Positions 10,570-20,886 of a DNA stretch of 64,000 nucleotides are shown one piece after another; within the stretch, counting starts at the first letter, position 1; every line of letters begins with the position of its first letter. Where the stretch lies: contig CAVPNL010000004.1 of NCBI GenBank assembly GCA_963706575.1, positions 1 through 64,000 of the forward strand. The letters run 5' to 3'. The notes under the pieces were generated by a model, which saw nothing but the letters and a program-made list of their open reading frames with translations, did not search any database and was not told the DNA's origin. This stretch comes from an uncultured delta proteobacterium. Its GTDB lineage: Bacteria > Desulfobacterota > Desulfobacteria > Desulfobacterales > JAHEIW01. The position numbers and the translations under genes are program-made.

Positions 10570-11899
10570 GATTCTGATTGTGGATGATGAATTGATCATG
10601 CGCGAATCCCTGGCCGGCTGGCTGGAACGCGACGGCCATGACGTGCAAACCGCCGCCAGTGGCGAAGAGGCTTTAGAGAAAGTCAAAGAAACCCAGTTTG
10701 ACATTTTCCTGGTGGATATCAAAATGGAAGGCATGAGCGGTCTGGACGTTTTGCGCAACGTCAGAGAAAGCGACCCCGACGCCGATGTTGTCATGATCAC
10801 CGCTTATGGCTCCATTCCATCGGCCATCGAAGCCATGAAAGACGGCGCCTATGACTACATGCTCAAGCCGTTTGATCCCAATGAACTGGGCGTTCTGATC
10901 GAAAAAATCATCCAGCACCAGGAACAGGCGCGCGAAAATATCTATCTAAAGGAACAATACAAGGAACGCACCCGCTTCGAGAGCATGATCGGTCAGTCCA
11001 GACCCATGCAGGAAATATTTGATCTCATCCGCGACGTGGCCCCTATGGATTCAACCGTTCTGATCACCGGTGAGACCGGCACCGGAAAAGGTCTGGCAGC
11101 CAAGGCCATTCACACCAACAGCCCCCGCCGTGACGGCCCCTTTGTGACGGTTAATTGTGGGGCGATTCCGGAACATCTGATGGAAACTGAATTGTTCGGC
11201 CACCAGAAAGGCGCATTTACCGATGCCAAAGAAACCAAAAAAGGCCGGCTGGAAATGGCTCACGGCGGCACCCTGTTCTTGGACGAAATCGGTGAAATCA
11301 GCATGCGGATGCAAATTGATCTGTTGCGGGTGCTGGAGGATCGCGTATTTTATCGCGTCGGCGGAACCCAGCCCATTGAGGCCGATTTCAGAGTCATCGC
11401 CGCTACCAATCGAAATCTGGAAAAGGCCATCAAGGCAGGTATCTTTCGTGAGGATTTATTTTACCGCTTAAACGTCATTTCTTTTGAAATGCCTTCTTTG
11501 ATTCAGCGCAAGGAAGACATTCCGCTTTTGGCTGAACATTTTTTATACCGTTTTGCCCAGGAGACCAACAAACTGACTGATAAAATCAGCCGGGAGGCCA
11601 TGGATGAAATGATGCTATACGACTGGCCGGGCAATATTCGGGAATTGGAGAACGCCATCGAACGCGCCGTCGTTGTGGGCAAGCAACGCGAAATTCTGCC
11701 CGAAAATTTACCGATTTTCTGTCATGAACCCACGCCGCAAAAAAAAGCGTATTCCCTCAAAGAAGTGGAAAAGGCCCACATCCAGCAAGTGCTCGTTGAA
11801 AATCAATGGAACATTGCCAGAAGCGCCAAAATTCTGGGAATTGATCGCTCCACCCTCTACAGCAAAATCAAACGATACCATATTAACAAGGTCGCTTGA
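10556..11899 (+). CDS. Sigma-54-dependent response regulator (NtrC family: REC-AAA+-HTH)
   Basis: LIVDDE, DIKM receiver; GETGTGK, ELFGH, GAFTDA, LFLDEIGE, DLFYRL, WPGNIREL; GTG start after GGAGG. Confidence 0.95.
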   Translation: MSKIKILIVDDELIMRESLAGWLERDGHDVQTAASGEEALEKVKETQFDIFLVDIKMEGMSGLDVLRNVRESDPDADVVMITAYGSIPSAIEAMKDGAYDYMLKPFDPNELGVLIEKIIQHQEQARENIYLKEQYKERTRFESMIGQSRPMQEIFDLIRDVAPMDSTVLITGETGTGKGLAAKAIHTNSPRRDGPFVTVNCGAIPEHLMETELFGHQKGAFTDAKETKKGRLEMAHGGTLFLDEIGEISMRMQIDLLRVLEDRVFYRVGGTQPIEADFRVIAATNRNLEKAIKAGIFREDLFYRLNVISFEMPSLIQRKEDIPLLAEHFLYRFAQETNKLTDKISREAMDEMMLYDWPGNIRELENAIERAVVVGKQREILPENLPIFCHEPTPQKKAYSLKEVEKAHIQQVLVENQWNIARSAKILGIDRSTLYSKIKRYHINKVA

Positions 11900-12456
11900 G
11901 GTCCAAAGCCGCACATAACATCATTATTTCACCTATCGGAGACGTGACACCCGATTTGCTGGACCCGATCAGAGAAGAGATAAAACGCATTTACGGCTAT
12001 CCAACCGAAGTCCTGTCCCTTCTGGATGATCTTGAGTTTGCCTTCCATCCGAATCGCAATCAATACCATTCCACCCCTATTTTGGAACAGTTGGCCGCTA
12101 AGGTCCCCGCAGACGCTATCAAAGTGCTGGCCCTGGTTGAGGTGGATCTGTTCATCCCGATTTTAACCCATGTCTACGGTGAAGCGCAGCTGGGCGGCAA
12201 GGCCTGCATCGTGTCCACCATTCGGCTCAATGAAGGCCACAGCTACCTGAACACGCAAGAACCCTTTCTGAGCCGCATTGTCAAGGAAGCCATTCATGAA
12301 CTGGGCCATACCTTTAATCTGCGCCATTGTCGGGAACATACCTGTCTGATGCATTATTGCCGCAATGAGAGCGATGTGGACCGCAAATCGGATCAACTGT
12401 GCCGTTATTGCAAGGTTTTGCTGAACGATGAAATAAAAAGGCGGGAAGTAAAATAA
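11896..12456 (+). CDS. Archaemetzincin-family Zn metalloprotease (peptidase M54)
   Basis: HELGHTFNLRHC...CLM...LCRYC; RNQY motif; start overlaps the regulator stop. Confidence 0.9.
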   Translation: MRSKAAHNIIISPIGDVTPDLLDPIREEIKRIYGYPTEVLSLLDDLEFAFHPNRNQYHSTPILEQLAAKVPADAIKVLALVEVDLFIPILTHVYGEAQLGGKACIVSTIRLNEGHSYLNTQEPFLSRIVKEAIHELGHTFNLRHCREHTCLMHYCRNESDVDRKSDQLCRYCKVLLNDEIKRREVK

Positions 12457-12622
12457 GCAAAGTTGCTTTATGACCTGCTTGTAATTATTTTAATCGAATG
12501 ACAATTGCCCCAGTTATCTATTATTTTCTGATTAGTTTTTAGAAAAGATTTTTATTAAACAAAGGGCATCAATGAAAAGCACGACTTAAGCAGATCCAGA
12601 GTCAAAACCGATTTGCTGGTAT

Positions 12623-13750
12623 CTAAAGGACCTGATTTAAGGCTTCTTCGAGCTTGCTGACGGTGCGATCAACATTATTCAGTTTATCCAAGCCGAATAG
12701 GCCAATTCGGAAAGTCTGGAAATCTTCAGGTTCATCACATTGCAGCGGCACGCCCGCTGCGATCTGAATCCCAATATCCAAAAATTTCTTTCCGTTGTGT
12801 ATCTCGGGGTCGTCAGTGTAGCTAACAACGACGCCGGGGGCCTGAAAACCCTCTGCGGCAACACTTTTAATGCCTTTGCTAAGCAGCAGTGCTCTTACTT
12901 TGTCACCAAGCTCTTGCTGCAATGCCCGCACGTTATCAAAACCGCATTCTTCGGTTTCTAACATCACATCGCGAAAGCTCCTGAGGGCATCTGTGGGCAT
13001 GGTGGCGTGATAGGCATGCCCGCCGTTCTCATAGGTCTCCATGATTTGAAGCCACTTGAGCAGATCGCACGCAAAGCTGGTACTGGTTGTCGAATCGATT
13101 CGTTCCCGTGCAAGAGCGCCAAGCATTACCAAACCACTGCAAGGTGAGCCGCTCCACCCTTTTTGCGGTGCACCTACGAGAACATCCACGCCACAGGCTT
13201 CCATATCCACCCAAATGGTTCCAGACGCAACACAGTCTAAAACAAATAAGCCGCCGATAGAATGAATGGCTTCTGCGACCGAGCGAATATAATCTTCCGG
13301 CAGAATCATACCCGATGAGGTTTCCACATGGGGCGCAAAAACAACGTCGGGCTTTTTTGCTTCGATGGCTGCTCTCACTTCTTCAATCGGCGCAGGCGCA
13401 AACGCTGCATGTTTACTGTCGTCAACACGACGCGCCTTCAATACCGTGGATTCAGAAGGAATATTTCCTGCTTCAAAAATCTGGGTCCAGCGAAAACTAA
13501 ACCATCCATTTCGAATAACAAGACATTTTTTGCCGGTAGCGAACTGTCGCGCCACCGCTTCCATGCCGAAAGTGCCGCCACCCGGAACGAGCACAACCGC
13601 TTTAGCGTTGTAGGCCTTCTTTAGCGTTCTTGAAATGTCGTTCATCACTTTTTGAAATGACTGCGACATGTGGTTGAGTGAACGGTCAGTAAAAACGACT
13701 GAGTATTCCAGAAGACCGTCAGGATCAACATTGGAAAGTAAACCCGGCAT
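12623..13750 (-). CDS. Class V PLP-dependent aminotransferase (serine-pyruvate/alanine-glyoxylate type)
   Basis: PHVETSSG, DCVASG, GAPQKGW (PLP Lys); AAGGAGG RBS before ATG 13750. Confidence 0.88.
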   Translation of the reverse strand: MPGLLSNVDPDGLLEYSVVFTDRSLNHMSQSFQKVMNDISRTLKKAYNAKAVVLVPGGGTFGMEAVARQFATGKKCLVIRNGWFSFRWTQIFEAGNIPSESTVLKARRVDDSKHAAFAPAPIEEVRAAIEAKKPDVVFAPHVETSSGMILPEDYIRSVAEAIHSIGGLFVLDCVASGTIWVDMEACGVDVLVGAPQKGWSGSPCSGLVMLGALARERIDSTTSTSFACDLLKWLQIMETYENGGHAYHATMPTDALRSFRDVMLETEECGFDNVRALQQELGDKVRALLLSKGIKSVAAEGFQAPGVVVSYTDDPEIHNGKKFLDIGIQIAAGVPLQCDEPEDFQTFRIGLFGLDKLNNVDRTVSKLEEALNQVL

Positions 13751-14367
13751 AGTTGCCTCCTTTCTGTAATATGTGTGTTTCACATAAATCGTTTCAATTT
13801 TTTAACTGCAATTCTATATAATAATTTCGGTCTTGAATTCTTCGATTTTAGTGATCGTAATTATTGTAAAAATCCTCCCAGGTCAACTAATTTTAGACCA
13901 AGCCAAGGATTATTGCCAAAAGTTCTGTATCAAGATGATACCATAATCTCCGCGCACTACTTGCCACAGTTCACCAAGTGTTCGATTGTATAATGCATTC
14001 GCAAGTCTTCAATAATTTGCAAGTGCCGCGATTGTGCATAGCGCGACCTTCATCTAAAAGGTACCTCCCATCGCAAAGAAAATAGCAATAGCCAAATTCT
14101 GTCTCGTATTTAATAAGACAGGGCTTTTTATTTGTTTCTGTCCAAACACCCTGTCCGAATCAGGCAGATGGCGTGGAGTTTCATCATTCCTGATCGAACA
14201 AAAATATATTTGACTTATCGGGCATTTATGAGATAGTCGGATTTGATTCCCGCTCAAAAAGCGATTATTGAAAGCCTCGCCCAAACATGTACCAGAAAAA
14301 ATAAAACAAAAGCGGGTTAAGAGTGACGGACGGAATCCGCTCTTTTTCTGATCAAGGGGGCAACGAG

Positions 14368-14490
14368 ATGATTGAGTACATTTATCAGACCCTTTCAAAA
14401 TTCGGTTATACTCACCCGCTTCATCCAACCCTCACTCATTTACCCATTGGAGAGGAATCAAAATGTTTTCAGAATCAAAGTCAATCATAA
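14368..14490 (+). pseudogene. Truncated N-terminal stub of a DUF2231-like membrane protein
   Basis: AAGGGGG RBS then MIEYIYQTLSKFGYTHPLHPTLTHLPIG; the HPLHPxxxHxPIG motif is followed at once by unrelated sequence and a stop. Confidence 0.55.
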
Positions 14491-15725
14491 TAAATTGGAT
14501 AATTTTATCTATTGCCGGCGTCATCTTTTCATGGGCGGTGTTTATCTCTCAATCATGGGCCCAGACCTATGTTTCCGGCAAAGTAATCACTGCGGATGGT
14601 ATGGTGGTTGCCAGCGGAGCGTTGGCACTGGAGAAGGGGAAGTTGCACAACAATGCCTTTCTGGTCGGCGGCGCCATCGGGCCCGACGGTACCTTTAAAA
14701 TACCACTTCCCTCCGGCGGACCCTGGGGGCTGCATGTGTACAGCGAAAAATATATATATTTCCCGCTGCAGATACAAATTAACGCTGGCGCTGACAATGA
14801 TATTCCCGTTATCTTACCGCTTGACGGGGCGACCGCCGATGATCCCAAAATCTCCAATATCCGGTTTAAAAAGATATCGGAGGAGGTATTTCAAATCGCC
14901 ATGCAGGTGGAGGATGCCAATAACAACTTGGGGCCGCAAATGCTGGCCATCGATAATAAACGATTTAGATCCTACCGTCTGGTACCGAAAGATGGCGATT
15001 TAAAAGATATGAAGGCCGATTTCCCAAACGGTGAATATGTTTCACCTTTTATCCCCGCTGCATTGGATGGGGAGGACTTAAAAGATTGGCTATTGGTCGT
15101 TGCCGATCATCAGTGCAGCAATGGCGTTATATATAATGGATTGGGCCAATCGGTTTTCAAGCCGACGGTAGCCCATTCGGAGACCCTGAAATGCGAGGTG
15201 CCTGGGGTCTGGAAATCCAATTTTGACAAAGTCTACCAGTTTTCTCAAATATCTCCAGGATTGTATGCAGGTGAGCAGTTCGAAGGAAATCTGCTGATTG
15301 ATAAAATGGAAAAGAAAGCCGATAAGCTATTGGTCTCTTTCCGTTTTGAGGGCAATAAGGGAGACGCTGAACTCAAATTGCACTGTCAGGAGAATGAGGT
15401 TCTTATAAAGGGCACTTTTCAATACCCTAATAAATCCGGTGAATGGATTTTTGCCAAACTAAAGAATGCCGAATCTGCCCTGTCCGGTGAGAAGCTTTTT
15501 GCGGCAAACTGCTCCGCCTGTCATTTTCCCGATCGCCAAGATGTAAAAGTAGGGCCGGGTTTACTGGGACTGTTCAAAAGCCCGAAACTGCCGCAATCCG
15601 GCCAGCCGGCCACTGAAGAAAATGTTCGCCGGCGGATTATCAACGGCGGAGATAAAATGCCGCCATTTAAACATCTTAAAGCAGAGGAGCTGAAGGCAAT
15701 CATTGATTACTTAAAAGCTTTATAA
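14463..15725 (+). CDS. Exported multidomain protein with C-terminal monoheme class I cytochrome c
   Basis: N-terminal hydrophobic/signal segment; beta-rich middle; GEKLFAANCSACH, GPGL, MPPF, IIDYLKAL. Confidence 0.85.
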   Translation: MFSESKSIIINWIILSIAGVIFSWAVFISQSWAQTYVSGKVITADGMVVASGALALEKGKLHNNAFLVGGAIGPDGTFKIPLPSGGPWGLHVYSEKYIYFPLQIQINAGADNDIPVILPLDGATADDPKISNIRFKKISEEVFQIAMQVEDANNNLGPQMLAIDNKRFRSYRLVPKDGDLKDMKADFPNGEYVSPFIPAALDGEDLKDWLLVVADHQCSNGVIYNGLGQSVFKPTVAHSETLKCEVPGVWKSNFDKVYQFSQISPGLYAGEQFEGNLLIDKMEKKADKLLVSFRFEGNKGDAELKLHCQENEVLIKGTFQYPNKSGEWIFAKLKNAESALSGEKLFAANCSACHFPDRQDVKVGPGLLGLFKSPKLPQSGQPATEENVRRRIINGGDKMPPFKHLKAEELKAIIDYLKAL

Positions 15726-15801
15726 ATTTTCCCTATTGCCTGGACTCTCGCCTCCGGGGAGTGGCAGATTGGCGATTTTTTCAATAACCGGCGAATGAAC
15801 T

Positions 15802-16437
15802 ATGATTGAGTTAAGCCCGAATCGCATCCTGAAAATATTGATTCTGGGTGCGCTCTTTTTTTTAGTCGCGATAGCCGTTTCAATTCATTCAATCGAGGCA
15901 GAAATTCTCCTCTCACCGCCCGGCCTGCGGCTCATTAGAGATCCGTCTCTTGTGATTCCTGCTGATCTCCATTACGCCAATCAGTTGATAACGCTACCGG
16001 TGTATCGGGATATTTCAGGAAACCCGGAAAAAGGTTGGTCGGGTAAATATGTTGATACCCGCCGGTTTGCCAGTAACCAGAGTGCTTGGATTTTTTTCCG
16101 AAATTCTGATTTTCAACGATCTGTATCTCAGAAAAAGGAAGACGGCCAAGGCGCTTTCCGATTCTGGCCTGTCGGAACGACCATTATTATTGAAATATAC
16201 AAAGGGAACGCATTTCAGAAAGAAAAGGATAAATTGATTGAAATCGCAGCCATGTCAAAAGTAAACGCGGAAAAGAGTTTACTTTTTCAGGCATTCTATC
16301 CAGTTAGCTGGGCCTATGCCCGGTTTAATCCTGATAGAAATCCCTCGATCACTTCTGCAAAAGTGCGCGAATGCCATCAATGCCATAGCATTGCATTTCG
16401 TTTGACAGGGGATTTGATTTTTACTCAGTTTCCGTAA
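15802..16437 (+). CDS. Cytochrome P460 / c'-beta family protein
   Basis: Signal/TM N-terminus; PVGTTIIIE, WAYARF, C-terminal CHQCH followed by DLIFTQF. Confidence 0.6.
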   Translation: MIELSPNRILKILILGALFFLVAIAVSIHSIEAEILLSPPGLRLIRDPSLVIPADLHYANQLITLPVYRDISGNPEKGWSGKYVDTRRFASNQSAWIFFRNSDFQRSVSQKKEDGQGAFRFWPVGTTIIIEIYKGNAFQKEKDKLIEIAAMSKVNAEKSLLFQAFYPVSWAYARFNPDRNPSITSAKVRECHQCHSIAFRLTGDLIFTQFP

Positions 16438-16500
16438 AAATTTTTTAAAGCCCCCTCTATATCTTTAAGTGCCGGCAATATCATTTGTTTTAAAGAATAT

Positions 16501-19143
16501 ATGTTTTTCCTTCCCTCAAACAGCGATAAAGCAAGACGTTATCATATCCTGCCTTGGCTTCATTTCTCGGCGGCTCTGCTCGTCATTGTTTTCAACGCAC
16601 TTTTTTCGGCAGTTCACAGCCCTTTAGGCCAGGAAATTTCAGCAGGTGAGAGTCCGGGCTTTGCCTGGATTCGAGCCAATATCAACATCTGTATGGGATT
16701 GGGGCTGGTTTTTCTCATTCTGGTGTCTGGGATACAACTCCGGCAGATGCGGCAATCATCATTTAAGGATAACAGATTGTTGCTATTTTTCGTCTGCCTG
16801 GAAGTCTTCAGTGTGGCCGCCATCGCGCTGTTGCTTTTTTACAAACGAACTGACTTTCTGCCTTCGGTTTATGCAATCCTGATGTTATCCGTTCTAATTC
16901 AGGGGATTATTGTCTTCCGGCGGCCTGGCTTAGCTGGCTTGGATCATCAAGCGGTGATCTTGCAAAAGCCCGCGGCAAATGCGGGTCTTTTTTTTATTCT
17001 GCTGTTTATTTTTGGCGCCACCATTTCCTTGCTTGAGCCGTCCCGGCATCGATTGGCAGATCAAATCGTGCTGGATTCAAATTTTGAGTCTCTTTTGGGA
17101 TATGTTTTTCCCTCGATATTGTCCGGGATTACCGGCTTATGGCTCGGGATCGGCATGCTCGGCATTATAATTGGCATCAGCCGCATGTTTTTTAAATTAT
17201 ACGGGAACAAAGATTTTTGGATAATACATTTTCTGATATTTTTTTCTTCCGTCGCTTTTTTTATGGGTTTTCTTTTGATCACGCTTTACTATGCCATATC
17301 CTGGCAGATCAATAATCTACATCTAAAATCAACTGTATGGCAGCTATATATTTTTTTGAGTGTTTCAGGGGCAATCTTATTTTCGAGTGTTTTTTACAGA
17401 ATTGTTCCTCACATACCCCAACCCCAAAAAGCCAGCCTGATGGGTATCGTTTCACTAACCTTCGGGGCAGCCATCCTTTTTCCGATGACCTGGCTTTTGA
17501 CATTGCGGCAAAACGCCAGAGCATGCTGGATAATGCTCTTGATTTCCATCCTTGGCGCATGTGGATTCTTCGGCTATGTGGTTTTATTCGGTAATATGTT
17601 TAATCCCTGGTTTACGACTTTTTCCTATCTCAAAGGGGCAATATTGAAAATTATATCTGTGGTAGCTGCCGGAACAGCTGTACTGCTGACAGAACAGTTT
17701 TTTTCTCAAAGGGCCGATGCGCCATCTAATTTTCACCGACTGGGGGCTGTCCTGGCAATTGCAGCAGTTCTTGGTTTTTTACCCTTTTATGCCTTAGGGA
17801 AGAATCCCGAGGTCAAGGTTGCGGTGCTTCAATTCAACGAACTCACCCGGGTGGATACCACATTTGCCAGAGAGTTTGCCAAGGTCTTGGGCTTTGGCAA
17901 GTTGATTCATCTCGGGCAACGGCCACCTCAAAACAGCAACCCCCATCCGTGGCCGCAGCCTTGGAGACTGAGCAAGTCCCATCCATCACTTTTGCCTGAA
18001 AACTTCAATTTGCTGGTCATCGTCGTCGATGCTTTACGGGGTGATGCCTTTCACTCCGCTGGTTACCATCGCAACCTGACATCTTTTCTTGACCGCTGGG
18101 CCAGCGAGGAAGCGATATCTTTTCGACGGGCATACAGCCAGGGCGGCGGGTCTTTTGCCGCCTTTCCGTTTCTGGTTGCCGGCAGAAGCCGTCTTGATCT
18201 TTACGGCCCTGGCTTGTATCGGCAAAACCTCTATTTCAAAATCGCACAGGCTGAGGGGATTCAGCATTACATGTTGATGAAAGAATTCGGTGCACGAGAC
18301 ATTTATCCACCGGATTTCCCGGTTACCGAGCTTGCCATTCCGCGTGCCGTCAGCGATCGACGCTCAGCAACGGCCGATGAAGTTTTTCAATCAGCACGAA
18401 AGGCCATCGGTGCGATCCCCAAAGGTGAGCGCTTTCTATGTTTTTTGCAACTGATGGATGTTCACAATGATCTGTGGAAAAAAGAAGATGGGATGGACTT
18501 TGGTGACACGCCACGGAATCTATACGATCATAATTTATCATATATTGACCGGGCCTTCAGCCGCTTTGTATCCTGGCTCAAACAGGAAGCAATTTATGAT
18601 CGAACCGTTATTTTGTTTACCTCCGACCATGGAGAACAATTCTGGGAACACGGCGCCAGTCTTCACGGGCATACCGTATACGAAGAAGAATTGCGAATCC
18701 CGTTAATTCTTGTTTCACACGGCATTCGAAATAGATTTGAGGATGTGCCGGTGGTCGCCGCCGATATGGCGCCGACCATTGCTGATCTGGCGGGTTATTC
18801 CGTCGAACCGCCATATGATGATCCCCACATGGGGGTTTCCCTTCTACCCCTGATCCTGGGCAAAGAGCGGCGGCGGTATCTGAATCGGGATGTGGTTGGA
18901 AGAGCTTCATTCAAGCGCCGCTATTTTCTGTATCGCAATTGGGAGTGGAAACTGGTCTATTTCGCGGAACTTGATCTGCTGCAATTGTTTAATGTGTTAA
19001 AAGACCCTCTGGAGAAAAAAAACTGGCTTGACGAGCGTCCCTATCTGGCGGCAACTATGGAACAGGACCTGGTTGATTACCTCGGGAAGGTAGAGGGCAA
19101 GACATATCGTGGACTGCTTTCAAATCTGCGGCAAGAAAATTGA
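16501..19143 (+). CDS. Polytopic membrane protein with C-terminal sulfatase/alkaline-phosphatase-superfamily domain
   Basis: Many TM segments, then VIVVDALRGD, DVH, TSDHGE, HGHTVYEEELRIPL, DMAPTI. Confidence 0.85.
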   Translation: MFFLPSNSDKARRYHILPWLHFSAALLVIVFNALFSAVHSPLGQEISAGESPGFAWIRANINICMGLGLVFLILVSGIQLRQMRQSSFKDNRLLLFFVCLEVFSVAAIALLLFYKRTDFLPSVYAILMLSVLIQGIIVFRRPGLAGLDHQAVILQKPAANAGLFFILLFIFGATISLLEPSRHRLADQIVLDSNFESLLGYVFPSILSGITGLWLGIGMLGIIIGISRMFFKLYGNKDFWIIHFLIFFSSVAFFMGFLLITLYYAISWQINNLHLKSTVWQLYIFLSVSGAILFSSVFYRIVPHIPQPQKASLMGIVSLTFGAAILFPMTWLLTLRQNARACWIMLLISILGACGFFGYVVLFGNMFNPWFTTFSYLKGAILKIISVVAAGTAVLLTEQFFSQRADAPSNFHRLGAVLAIAAVLGFLPFYALGKNPEVKVAVLQFNELTRVDTTFAREFAKVLGFGKLIHLGQRPPQNSNPHPWPQPWRLSKSHPSLLPENFNLLVIVVDALRGDAFHSAGYHRNLTSFLDRWASEEAISFRRAYSQGGGSFAAFPFLVAGRSRLDLYGPGLYRQNLYFKIAQAEGIQHYMLMKEFGARDIYPPDFPVTELAIPRAVSDRRSATADEVFQSARKAIGAIPKGERFLCFLQLMDVHNDLWKKEDGMDFGDTPRNLYDHNLSYIDRAFSRFVSWLKQEAIYDRTVILFTSDHGEQFWEHGASLHGHTVYEEELRIPLILVSHGIRNRFEDVPVVAADMAPTIADLAGYSVEPPYDDPHMGVSLLPLILGKERRRYLNRDVVGRASFKRRYFLYRNWEWKLVYFAELDLLQLFNVLKDPLEKKNWLDERPYLAATMEQDLVDYLGKVEGKTYRGLLSNLRQEN

Positions 19144-19159
19144 TTTCTGAGATACAATA

Positions 19160-19873
19160 CTAGCGGGTATCGCCCTTGTTGATTCTTCTCAGGCGCGCAA
19201 GATACCCGAACGTTTTTTCTCCGGGCCAATTTGATTTGAATGATTGATTCTTGTACTTATTATAAAAGACGATCAGATCTTCGAATGTATCCAGATCATT
19301 CCACCAGGGAAGCAAGTTCGTTTTAAGGCCGATTTTTTTGGCCGTCTCAAGGGTGTTTGCCAGCACCGTCTCAGTGCTCCAGGGTATATCATAAAACAAT
19401 TCCGGATGGGGTTTGCGCATTCCCACCAGATAGTATCCGCCGTCATGACAGGGACCAAACACCACATCGGTTTGATTGGACAGCAGGCGCTTGAACGATT
19501 CTTGAACGGTTGATGCCGGCAAATCAGGACTGTCACTGTCTATAATGGAGACAGCGTCATAGCCATCGGCAAGTTTTTCCTGAAAAATGCTGTTTAACCT
19601 CTGCCCCAGGTCTTTGCCCTTTTGGGAAAATAGACTAAATTCGTTTCGGCGAAAAGGGGTAAACATATCTCCGGCATCTGCAGGTGTGTATGCAATAGCC
19701 AGATCGACGCCCTTTAAAGAATTCATCGCAATTATTCGGTCCTCTAAAAAACATCGATACAAGTCGGCAGCCTCTTCAGGTGTAAAATGGGGGATGAGAC
19801 GGGTCTTGACCTTGCCCGGCAGCGGCGCCTTGGCAACCACGACTAAAAGCAATTTTTCATGCTTTGTTTCCAT
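19160..19873 (-). CDS. TIGR04282/DUF2064 family GT-A transferase
   Basis: AKAPLPGKVKTRL, QKGKDLGQRL, DSDSP, GPCHDGGYYLVG, IPWST, DLDTFEDL. Confidence 0.9.
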   Translation of the reverse strand: METKHEKLLLVVVAKAPLPGKVKTRLIPHFTPEEAADLYRCFLEDRIIAMNSLKGVDLAIAYTPADAGDMFTPFRRNEFSLFSQKGKDLGQRLNSIFQEKLADGYDAVSIIDSDSPDLPASTVQESFKRLLSNQTDVVFGPCHDGGYYLVGMRKPHPELFYDIPWSTETVLANTLETAKKIGLKTNLLPWWNDLDTFEDLIVFYNKYKNQSFKSNWPGEKTFGYLARLRRINKGDTR

Positions 19874-20880
19874 CACAGACTCCATTGAACGCCGCACCCC
19901 CGGCAGCATTTCGGCGGTGTTTCAGATTGATGCTGTTTTCTGAAGTTCCTGTATCTGGAACCCGACCAGATTTCTGCCAGTGTGTCTTTAAAGACGTTTC
20001 CCAGAATGGTGGAAACATAATCAACACTGGAAAATGGAGAAATGCAACATGGTAAAACATTACCGTTAGCGGTGATATACATGAGTGTTGAAGGTCGATA
20101 GCACTTGCTCCATGGCAATTTGGCACCTGCTTCCCCCCGCAGACTCTCAACAGGTTCTGACTGTCCGGATGCACTGAATTGGATACCCAGCCGCGCAGCC
20201 AGATCCTGGCTTTTCTGAACCAACTCCGACGACCCGTCAGTTGCGCCCTGAAGGGTCTTGGTCTGCCGGGCGAGGCCATATCCCTTATCATCCTGGAAAT
20301 ATACCAGACGTTGAAGGTATACTTCTCCGATTCCAATCTCGGCAGCGAGTTTCACAAAATCCGGAAGCTCGGAAATATTATCCTTGGTTCCCAAAAACCA
20401 CAGGGACAGCTTTGGGTGGGTCACCCGTTGCTGTTTTTGAAGCAATATAAAGGATCTAATATTTTTAATAACTTGCTCAAATTTATCGCTATTGCGGATT
20501 TTCCGATAGCCATGCGAAGAGGCGGTATCAAGCGAGATGCGCAATTCGTCCAGTCCGGCCTGAATGAGATCATGCTGCCGCTGGCCCCTGAGAAGTGTAC
20601 CATTGGAATTAAACAGTACATACACATCGCGCCCTTTGAGGTGTCGAATGATTTCGGAAAGTTCCTTGTTTAACAGGGGCTCTCCGATTCCATGCAGAAA
20701 GATCTGCTCCAATTCCGGCAGCTGATCGGTAATCATTGCCAATTCTTTTAAAGAAATATCCCGAGCCGGCTCCCAGCTCCCGCGGTATAAGATACAGCCT
20801 TTGCATCTGAGATCGCACCGGTTTGTCGATTCGAGGTATAGAATTTTGGGCAGATTAAAATTTTGATTTACGGTCTGCAT
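19873..20880 (-). CDS. Radical SAM / SPASM-twitch domain protein
   Basis: CDLRCKGC, HGIGEP, C...GNVLPCC...LGN...IW...CRGC. Confidence 0.9.
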   Translation of the reverse strand: MQTVNQNFNLPKILYLESTNRCDLRCKGCILYRGSWEPARDISLKELAMITDQLPELEQIFLHGIGEPLLNKELSEIIRHLKGRDVYVLFNSNGTLLRGQRQHDLIQAGLDELRISLDTASSHGYRKIRNSDKFEQVIKNIRSFILLQKQQRVTHPKLSLWFLGTKDNISELPDFVKLAAEIGIGEVYLQRLVYFQDDKGYGLARQTKTLQGATDGSSELVQKSQDLAARLGIQFSASGQSEPVESLRGEAGAKLPWSKCYRPSTLMYITANGNVLPCCISPFSSVDYVSTILGNVFKDTLAEIWSGSRYRNFRKQHQSETPPKCCRGCGVQWSL

Positions 20881-20886
20881 GATTCT

